A stretch of 64,000 bases of DNA, taken from Octopus vulgaris. Taxonomy: Eukaryota. The position numbers were made by a program, and so were the translations under genes. Below, piece by piece: positions 1 through 11,370 of this stretch. How positions within the stretch are numbered: position 1 is the first letter of the stretch; each line of letters starts with the position of its first letter. Location: contig OX597825.1 in assembly GCA_951406725.2 (NCBI GenBank), positions 57,040,001-57,104,000 on the forward strand, written 5' to 3'. The notes below the pieces were generated by a model, which was not told the DNA's origin, did not search any database, and was given only the letters and a program-made list of their open reading frames with translations.

Positions 1-904
1 TGCTAAGATATATGCTCAAGATATTGTCAGCCACTAAAAGACATGCTCAAGTGGTTAAGGTCAAGCAACTGACAAGCAAATCTGTGGTATTGAGCAGAAT
101 ATTTGCTATACTGATAGTTCTGCTTCAGCAACTCAGTGCTGAATCAGTCTAAAATGTAATGGAAAATAGGACAGTTTCAAAACATTGATGTCCAGGTCAC
201 AAAAGCAAAATTTGAAGAGAATAGTAGTGATTTGCTTTGCTTTCTAGATAGAAGCAAATAGGAAATAACACTTACTGACCAAAGACAAAAAAAAATGAAA
301 AATTTTGTTAGTCTAGCTGAGAACAGGGGAAGACAACTGTACTATTTTAGTTATCAAACTTGACTTTTTGGTTCATGTGACCTTTGATGCATATCAAAAT
401 GTACATAAATTTTAAATCAAACACATCAATGTCACGGATCTAGGAATGGAGAAAAGCTGTACTCTTAGAGTTCTAGCCACTGCCTACCTATACCCCATTT
501 GATGTAACAATTAGAGAAATAAATAACAACTATATTCAATGTCCAACATATTCACATTCTGTCATGAAGAATGAAGAAATATTCTACCCAATATAATGAG
601 AGCAAAATACTTAATGGTTAAATGCAAAAAAATATTTCCCTCTATATATCAGTATTTGAATATATTGAAGGTAGCAGGCTGGTAGAATCGTTAGCATGCC
701 AGGTAAAATGCTTAGCAATATTTCATCCTTCCTTACATTCTGAGTTTTAATTCTGACATGGTCAACTTTGCCTTTCATCCTTTTGGAGTTGACGAAATGA
801 GTACCAGTTGAGCACTGGGGTCAATGTAATCGACTTAACCCCCACCCCGAACATGCTGGCCTTGTGCCAAAATTTGAAACCAATATTTGAATATATTTTG
901 TACC

Positions 905-1090
905 ATTAACACCAACAGCCATCAATACTAACTACTACAGCCACAAACATTAACTGCTAAACCCACAATACTAACTACTATAACCACCAACACTAACTAC
1001 AATATAGCCACCAATACTAATTACTATAAGCATCAATACTTATTAGCATAACCACTAATACTTATTATTATAGCTGAAAATACTAACAAC
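905..1090. repeat. Degenerate low-complexity tandem repeat
   Basis: Recurrent ccaatactaactactata-like units. Confidence 0.6.
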
Positions 1091-1338
1091 CAACAATCCT
1101 CTTCATCAGTGTGCATGTTCTAACAAGGTCTTGGAGTTGTTTACAGTTTATCTATTTTTTTATCTATTTTAACATTTCAAAATACTTATTTCAAATCAGA
1201 ATTCATTGAAGTGAAATAACTGAATAAATTGTGTTTTCTCCAACTTTAAATATGAAGTGGTGGTTTTTATTACCTTCCCTTATACTTCAACACTGAAACA
1301 AGAATTCTCAAATTAAATTTAGATGTAACTATAATTAC

Positions 1339-1408
1339 CATTATTTGACGTTGATTCTGAACAAATCTTTTTCTTCGGTTTTTGCTTCTTTAAAAGTTTC
1401 CAGTGTTT
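1339..1408 (-). CDS. EXOSC10: EXOSC10 exon 17 ([23 protein letters not shown])
   Basis: tttcctttctatag acceptor, GTAATT donor, 70 nt, phase 0 to 1; WKL motif and basic C-terminal composition; a further small exon may lie between 16 and 17. Confidence 0.78.
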
Positions 1409-1656
1409 CTATAGAAAGGAAATGTAAATATATAAATCAGTTGCCAGTACCGCCTGACTGGCCCCCTGTGCCAGTGGCACGTAAAAAGCACCCACTACAC
1501 TCTCAGAGTGGTTGGCGTTAGGAAGGGCATCCAGCTGTAGAAACTCTGCCAAATCAAGATTGGAGCCTGGTGCAACCATCTGGTTCACCAGCTCTCAGTC
1601 AAAATCGTCCAACCCATGCTAGCATGGAAAGCGGACATTAACGATGATGATGATGA

Positions 1657-1696
<40 letters not shown>

Positions 1697-4600
1697 CTTT
1701 TTAGTCATGTGACACATATGGATGAGGACAGCTGCATAAAGAAGTGCAAAGCTCTAACTGTGGAGGGTACCTGTGGAAGGAGTAGACCAGGTAGATGTGG
1801 GACAAAGTGGTGAGAAAGGATCTTCAGACACTGGACCACACTGAGGAAATGACAAGGGACCAGGAGATGTGACAATTTGCTGTACTTGATAAGATACATC
1901 AAGCTAGGTAAAACTGCTGTCTTTCACATGTACAGGCTTATCCTTTCAGGTGTGAGTGCCACTTAAAAAGTACCTGTGCTGGTACTGCTTAAACGTGCCC
2001 ATGCCGGTGGCATGTAAAAAGCACCCAGCACACTCTGTTAAGTAGTTGGTGTTAGGAAGGGCATCCAGCCATACAAAACTATGCCACAACAGATAGTTGG
2101 AGTCCATATAGCTTCCTGCTAGCCAGCTCCATGTGAAACTGTCCAACCCATGCCAGCATGGAAGGAGACATTAAATGATGATGATGATGATGAAAGCATT
2201 AACATAAACAAACAAAAGGTAAAACAAGCCATTTAGGCAGCTTCCTATGAGGACAACTGGCTGGCTTAAAATGGCAGACAAATCTATCTCATTACCTTCA
2301 AAAAAGAAGGTCACTTTGTGTAATGTAGTTATAGACAGATACACGATGCCTGAATCATGTGGAACATTTGATCAAAGCTGACCTTGAACTTTAACAAACA
2401 ATAAACTGAAACCGCTTTGCTGAGTTCCTTATTGCTTCAATTTCTTTTTTATTTGCTGGAGGAAGGAGCAGGCCCTCAAAGATTGGTTAATTCATGCCAT
2501 TAATGTTTCCTTTGAATCATTATAAGTCAATACCTGCAGGAGAGATAGGAACAGGGTGGGAAATCCAGAAGCCCAAAATGTGGGTTGGAAATGTCCAAGT
2601 GAGGGTGATATAAACCCAGCTAGCTCTGAGGGGAAGAGGCCTTAAAATAGCAGTAGAAAAGGCAGAGAGAGGGGATAAAATGCATAGGGACCGGAGGCTG
2701 GAGAACGTCTGAGAGTCACACTATGCCAGCTTATCAGGGGACCCTTTTCTGGATGCAATCTAGGATGACTTTAAAATCTTAGCCATGCACCAAATGCAAT
2801 AGATCACGTGATCACATGGCCGACCAGGCTATCGCTGGTCACAATGTACATTTGTATTGTTTCAGCTTTCAAATGCCACCACCCTGCTGGCTAGGCAAGC
2901 AGGCCAACATTACCCACTGATTGAAAGGGGAGACTGGAGTAATGTGAGATGAAGTGTTTTGCTCAAGAACACAATGCACCACCCACTCGGAGACTCAAAC
3001 CCACAATCTGGCGATTGTGAGTGCCACAGCCCAACTACTAGGCCATGCACCTTCACAGTGAGAAGAGATGAATCATAGATTTCTCAGACAGCTCGCTGGT
3101 ACCTTACCAACTTCACTATCCAAACTCTCTTGTGACATGGCCAACACATGATATTCTGAGGAGGATTTGATCAAATTCTGTATTGTTAAATGTTGGTAGT
3201 GAACCCAGATCCATGTGGTTGGGAAGCAAGCTTCCTACCATACAGCCATGCCTGTGTCTATGTGTGTATATAAATAAAATATGCATGTGCATATATATGT
3301 GTGTATACATATATGTATAAACGTGTATGTATACATATATGTGTGTATATATATTTATGTGTGTATATAAAAAAACATGAAAGGAAACACTGACCTCAAT
3401 TTCAACATCTGTAGATTTGCTATTTTCTTCTTCACTTTGATTAACAGGAAAGAACTAAAAAAAGAAACACAAAACAATAATATAAACATATTCCAGAAAA
3501 TAGCAAGAATGTCTGGGGAAAGTCATTCTCTTTCAGTGCCTTATGATTTAACACACTCACCAGTAAAATTTCCAATTATTTATTTTTTATTTTTCTAAAA
3601 TTTTCATTGCATCTTGCAACCCTTTCAATAGTTTAGCCTCAGCTGCCTGTTCAGTGTGTGTATCAGATCTTTGAAAGCCAGTATGTATATCAGATCTTTC
3701 AAAACTATTGAAAAGGTTGCAAGACGCAACGAAAGTTTTAGAAAAATAAAAAAAGAAATAAGTAGAAATTTTACCAGTGAGTGTGTTAAATTATAAGGCA
3801 CTAAAAGAGAATGAATCTCTCCAGACACAACAGAAAATGCTTCAACACACGAACTCACATAAAGAATCTTGCAAACTGAATCCAAAAACGAAATAAAGCA
3901 AGAATATCTTTGTTCCAAAATGTTAGCAGCCATCTCTGTAATGTCTGCTATTTCACTATAACCAAAGCCTCACAAGTAAATGTCTCAAAGACTTTAATGA
4001 CTTCACACAAAAACAAATGTTAAATATGTTTTGAAACTTCGAAGAAATAGCACCATGTTGACTTCAGTTTCACAATGTTTTGCCTTTTTGCCATTCTTGT
4101 TCTAAATGAAAGCAAACTTAAGATGACTGCAATAGCAGTGGTTTAGCCCTAGGCAGCCTTCATCCAGTAGACCTCTGTCTAAAGCCATTCCAACTACGAT
4201 CTTATCATTTTCTAATCATTGTATAGTACTACACCCAAGTTTGCTCTGGCTCAGGATGGTAGTAACTGTCAAGGGTCCCAGTTATGGGTCAAATAGCAAG
4301 AGGTGGTCCTATAGCTAAGATATACAACACTCAGATGAGAGCTGGTCTTTACATAGGTGTCAGACAGGCCCACTGCTGTATGGACATGTCCTAATGTTAT
4401 GTGAACCAGTGTCCCCAGCCCACCCACCATGCCAAGGGTTAAATGGATCCTGTACTTCAAGGATAAAAAGTCTGGAAAGCAAGAGACTATCAAAGTAAAC
4501 TTTAAATAAGATAGCAGAAAGTAATGAGAAACCACTGCTGTATGTTTCTCAGCAAAATCATGAATCTCCAGGCTTTGGCATGGAAGCCCACAGTCATCAA

Positions 4601-7600
4601 TGCCTGTAGGCAAGACACATGGAAAGTAAGTGTATCAAGAACTACATTATCCAATGTGTCTTTCATTCTTTCCTAGTTTAAGACTAGAGTGTAATTTGGG
4701 GAAATATGCTTCTCATATCATTATTTATGAACAATAGCGTCGTTGGTTACAGATCATTGGTTCACAGCACTTGTGATCATTGGTTCACATACACAAGGGA
4801 GCATATGTAACATGGTGCTGAACAAATATAACAATGGATTTTGTTTAACAAACACTGTCTTTTGGTTTTAGTTTTCTCAGATGTTAACATTCTTCAGAAA
4901 ACAACAGCAAACAATATCTACACCCACCCACCTGTCACAAGCTTGTCATGGCTGAAAGGGGATTAACATTTTACATCTGATCAGGATTTATACTTTGAAT
5001 TATCATTAGAGATGGCTTTCAAAGATCTGATACACACACTGAACAGACAACTGAGTAGAATTAGATATTTAAGTACATAACATAAGTGAGGAGAGGCGTA
5101 AAAACTGAAATGAAGAAAGCAAGTTTGGCTTTTTGATCAACTCCACCTCCTCTTTTGAGGACTGAATGCAGGTCTGGAATGCTGGACAATGACCCAAAGA
5201 ATACAATCACAGACACAAGCAGCCAAAATGAGATTCCTCTGAAAGATCTCTGGAGTAACATTATTCAACAAAGTTGGAGATCAGGGAGACTCTCTAGTCA
5301 AGCACTACTTCTTCACACTGAGAGGTCAAATTTCCATATTACAGACATGTGATTAGAATATCGCAGGAAAGAATCAAAAGACGGATTCTTCAAACCGAGC
5401 CAGCTGACAGGAGATCCAAGGTTGGATAATATCTAGAGTTTCAGTTGGTCATGCTTGAGAATCCATCAGGAAAGTCTAATGACAGTTGCTTCTGATAGAA
5501 CTCTATAGAAGAGGTACCTAAGGACATTAACTCCACAGCTCTCCCAGGAATGGTGGGCAGAGTAGACGGATATATGTACAAACACACAAACAATAATGAT
5601 GGTGAACTGATGATGAGGAGATGAATGTGAAAATGAAAGTAATACTGAAGATGATGGGAATGATTATGGTACATACCCTTTACTTTATCTGAGATAATTC
5701 AGTCACAGAATTAAAGCATTGTTGTATAGCAGTAAGGTCTGGACAATAGCAGACATTGAAGCAATTCTGTTGTGCTGTAGTGTATTTTGGACAATACCGG
5801 AAATACTAACCAAAGAGAGAAATGATGTACGTCACTCCTTTCTAGGTTTTATACTTGGATTCATTTTCCACATTTAACGGCTTTTTTCCATTCAGGCATG
5901 GTTGGATGTACATCAAATTAAAAGAGTATAGACCTTCTCAGATGACAGAATTTTAATACAAAAAAAAAATCCTTCTATTTGAGCTTTCTCTGAAGGCTAA
6001 ATATACCACATGCCATTCTGTTGCATTACAGAGATAAAGCCACACAGCCTTATTATGATGGATGAGCTTGCCTAAGGCATACATTCTAAAAGCTTTGTGT
6101 GATAACTGATTTAATTATGCTGATGACCTTTTCCCATAGAGAAGGGACCAGTGATTAAAGCAGATTAGCCTGTATTGCGTGCACAACATATCTTACATTG
6201 TGAACTGGATTACCTTTTATAGAAATGGAAGATGTGGTGGTGGTGGTGATGATGATGACACTGATGATACAAAAGACAACATCTACAGTAACTTACCATA
6301 GTAAAAGGGCTCTTAAAAGATTCCTTTAGATCTGCAGCAATATTTTTATTCTGAGAATTTTTCTGCAAAATTGAAAAATATTTATGAAATCATTTAATCT
6401 GGATAGAAAAGATAGAGATACACAAGCTGTACTGGTATATGTTAATGCATGGTATACAGATGTGTTTATTAGTATGTGGTAGTGTGTACAAGTGTGTGTT
6501 AGCATGAAGTATAGTATATGTACAAGAGTGTGTTAACATGTGGCACTGCATAGTATTGTATAATAGCAAGTACTCATGTGTGTTGGCACGTACCAATGTT
6601 AGCATACTATAGAACAATCATAGACAAGCTGCAGTCCATGGGACTTTCTAATGGCACACCTAATGAAAAATTAGCTTGAATTTTGTTTTAGTAGCACAGC
6701 CCACCTGATGATGAGCTACGTATTGTACAGCCTACCTCAAGGAAAAAGGTTGTACATGCCTGTGTTCAAGTATGTTAGCATAATGCAGTCTATAATTACC
6801 AAAGCTTTCTACAATTAAACCCACCTTGGGAATCCAATAAATAGAAATTTTCTTGTATCTTTTATTTCAGTCATTTGACTGTAGCCATGTTGGGGCACCA
6901 CTTTGAAAGGTTTTAGTCAAACAAATCGACCCCAGGATTTTTTTTAAGCCTAATACTTATTTTATCAGTCTCTTTTGCTAAACTTTTAAGTTAGAGGGAC
7001 ATAAATACACCAACACTGGCTGTCAAGCAGTGATGAGAGGACAAACACAGACTGACACACACATATATATACAAGGGGCTTCTTCCAGGTTCCGTCTACC
7101 AAATCCACTAATAAGGCTTTGGTCAGCCTGAGGCCATATTAGAAAACACTTGCCCGAGGTGCCACACAGTAGGACTGAAACCAGAACCATGTGGTTGGGA
7201 AATCTCAAAACCCTACATTGTCTTCACATTGCCCAATGTCCTCTTCTGCTTCTTCCAGTAACACAATTGTTTACGTCATTCATGCAGAAAAATCAAAAAC
7301 AGACGTAAAAATTAAACTTCAAATCCTACAATATTAACAGGAACTATTTTAGCACTTCAACAGTTGCTCCATTTTTACAGAATTCAAGAAAGAAGACCCA
7401 TACTAAAACCAATACTGCTGCTGATGATGATGATGCTACTGCTATATAGAGAAACATTTATGGCTAAAGTTAAAACAAGGACATGCACTTACAATAGACT
7501 GGACATATGTTCTGTACTTCTTCTCTACCTCTTCTAAATCTATCTATAAGGTAAGGGTGTACAGTCAATTTAGTTAATACCCAGTACTTCACTAATATCT

Positions 7601-10600
7601 GAATAATCAATCCCTAAAGGATGGAAGGCAAAGTCAATCACAGCAGGAATTGTTGAACTCAGAGCGTAAAGATGTGCTATGAAATAACACAAAGTATTTT
7701 GTTTGGAACTCTACTGATTTTCATGTTCTTTTCCATTAATAATAATAATAATCCTTTCTATTATAGGCACAGGGCTTGAAATTTAGGGAAGGGGAACAGT
7801 CAATTACATCAATCCCAGTACTTGACTGGTACTTAATTTATCAACCCCAAAAGGATGAAAAGTAAAGTCGACCTTGGCAGAATTTGAATTCAGAATGTAA
7901 AGACAGACAAAATGCTGCTAAGCAAGGTATGCCAATGATTCTGCCAGCTCACCACCTTAATTATAATTTTTTCTACTATAGGCACAAGGCCTGAAATTTT
8001 GTGGGAAGGGGACTAGTCGATTACATTGACCCCAGTGTTTCACTGGTACTTAATTTATTGACCCCAAAAGGATGAAAGCAAAGTCAACAGCATCAGCATA
8101 ATAACCATTACTTCCCCTACCACACATCATTAACACTTCTCTCTCTCTTTTCCTTTCTTCTTTCTCTCTCACTCTTTGCTTTTCCCTTCCATTAGTCATG
8201 TAACAGTGTAACATATTTTGGCCTTAGTGTATTAATATATAGATTCTTTCAACAACAGAAACAAGGCCAGAAATTTGAGGGGAGGGGGCAGTGCCAGTCA
8301 ATTACATCGATCCCAGTGCTCAACCAGTAGTTATTTTATTAACCCTGAAAGGATGAAAGCAAAGTTGACCTCAGTGGAATTTGAACTCAGAATGAAAAGA
8401 CATGAACTGCTGCTAGGCATTTTCCCTGGCATGCTAACGATTCTGCCACTTTGCCACCTTATAACAATAATAATTATACAGTTCTATATTTAAGAGATGA
8501 GGAATTATGTACATTATTTACATTTGACAGATATTTGTCATCATCTTGTTTGTTGTTAATACGTTTCGGCTGATATACCCTCCAGCCTTCATCAGGTGTC
8601 TTGGGGAAATTTCGAACCTGGGTTCTCATTCCTAAGGTATTTTTCGATGTTATTATTATTATTATTATTATCATAATTATTCAGGTCACTGCTAGGAATC
8701 GAACTCAGAATCTTGAGGTTAGTAGCCTGTGCTCTCAACCACTATGCCATATGCCTATGGGCATAAGGTCATGGCACTGACCCTTCTAAGTCATGAATAA
8801 AAATTAGAAAGTAACAAAGAAAAACTGTCATCCACAGCAAAAACTGGGTGCAGGGATGTCAATACAACTGACCATACTCAATACCCATGACAAGTACTAG
8901 TTGTGTGAGAGTCAGTGCTATTGACTAGTCATTCCCTGCCTATAAAAACTGGCCGTATGACAGTCTGTACTACTAGTTATGTTTAGTCCCTACTCCTACA
9001 AAAACTAGTTTTGTAGTGAATGAAATACTACAGGCGGTAATAAGTCCCTTCTACAAAAACTTGCTGCATAGGGGTCAGGGCTACTGACTATGTTAAGTAC
9101 CACACAACAGACACTAGTTTTATAGGGCTCAATACTACTGACTAGTCAGTCCCTTGATACAAAAAATAACTATACAAGGGTTATTACTACTGAATCCACC
9201 CACAAAAACTAGATTTATAGGGATCAATGTTGTTGACTATAGTCAGTACCCTGCTATAAAAACTTAATTGTATAAGGGTCAGTATCACTGACCCCTAGCT
9301 ATAAAAACTAGTTTTGAAGGAATCAGTACTGTTGACTAGTTAGTCCCTTAGCACACCCACACCACCCCACAAAAACTAGTTATGTGAGAGGACACAAAAA
9401 AACAAAAAACAAACACAAAAGTGATGGTGTATCATTAATAAAATAGTGGTAGTTGTATATTTACCGCTGAGAACCAGTCAAATGCCGAAAGGAAGGGATG
9501 TTCTTTAAGATTCATGATAGAATTATCAGAAAGTTCAGCACCATTTAATTTGTTGGCCATCAGAGTATCTTCGAAATTCTCTTTAAATACAAGTCATCAT
9601 AATATATTAATCATCACTGTCATCATCATAAACAACATTATCATCATCAACAACACAAAGCAATGAAATGGCAAAAACAACAGTATACTGAAAAAAAAAC
9701 TATTTACAATATTTAGTCGCATTTTTTGTAGTCTGAGTTCAAATCCTGCACAGGTCACTCATTCCTCCAGTTGACAAACTAATAACCAGTAATATACTGA
9801 AGATTACCCCAATCAAATATACCAGCTCCCAGTAGATTTATGGCTTTATACCAATTTGACTTCAGGCCAATGTGACCACATAGCAAAGGGACCTTCTATC
9901 AATGTGGCCATGTGCCAATGTTAGAAAATGATAGCAAACACAGCAGTGGGTGGTGGATAAAAACTGATGCAGCACCAAATGAAATACCTCACAGGTTTTG
10001 ATAATGTCCCTTTACATTCCAGCCAACTTCAAATCTCACCAGAGCTGATTTACATTTTCTTCTGTTCAGAGTATATAAAAGAAATATCAGCTATACACTA
10101 GGAGCTGGTTAAACTAACACACCTCTACTCCAAAATGTATTACTTTGTACCTATATTAAGCTATCATCTAAACTTACTAAATCTATATTTCAACAGCTAC
10201 TGTGTACAGTCGCATATGAACAAGGTACATAACTCCAGTCACTCCTATCTAATATCAACTGCAGTGTAACAATACCTACAGTGGAAACATCAACAAGGTT
10301 ATTAGAGGTCATTTATAATTCAATAGGAAGAGGTGTTCTGAAAGGAAAGACATAGGTAAATAGACAAATCCAACAAAAATAAAGATGGTGTTGAATAAAA
10401 CGCAGAGCAAAAATGAAATGACATTACCTGGTTCATTATCTTTGTTATTAATTTGATGAGATAAATCATGTGGATATTCTAAAAGTTTGTTCATATCGTA
10501 CTTTGGGTCGATGGAAACAGATTCTTTCTTCTCAGGAACAACACCACGTTGCTGTAAATTAGAGCATTATAATTAATAGCAGTAATACAGGTTTCAAATT

Positions 10601-11338
10601 TTGGCACAAGGCCAGCAAGTTTGGAGTGGGTAAGTGAATTACATTGGCCCCAGTGCTCAACTGGTACTAATTTTATCAACTCGGAAAGGATGAAAGGCAG
10701 AGTTGATCTTGGTGGAATTTGAACTCAGATCATAAAAATGGACAAAATGTTGCTAAACATTTTGCCCAATGTGCTAATAATTCAGTCAACTTGTTACCCA
10801 ATTAATCATAATAATATCAGTTTGTCAAATTCCTTTACAGATATATTATTCTCAGAGGAGGCACTTACATTTATTAGTCTACAAGCATTTTCTTCCCTGT
10901 CTTTAATAATTGTCTGGTTGATTATTATTATTATTATTAAGGTGGGGAGTTAGTAGAATTGTTAGCATACCCGCTGAAATGCTTAGCGGCATTTCATCCA
11001 CCATTATAGTCTGAGCTCAAATCTCACCAAGGTCAACTTTGCCTTTCAGGTTGATAAAATAAGTACCAGTTGAGCACTGGGGTCGATGTGAACTAGCACA
11101 CCTTGTACCTATAGTACAAAGGATTATTATCATTATTATTATTAATATTAAGGTGACAGAATCATTAGTATACCAGGCAAAATGCTTAGTGGCATTTTGT
11201 CCACCTTTATGCTCTGAGTTCAAATTTTGCTGAGGTCAACTTTGCCTTTCATTTTTCAGGGTTTTACCATTTGAGCACTGGGGTTGATGTAATTGACTAT
11301 CCCTCAAAACTTCAGGCCTTAGGCCTATAGTAGAAAGG

Positions 11339-11370
<32 letters not shown>

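Noticed and set aside
271-330. Additional EXOSC10 exon near the window start (GTAAGT-like site at 271-275)
   Set aside because: Upstream sequence is T-rich and intron-like, with no credible acceptor and coding frame
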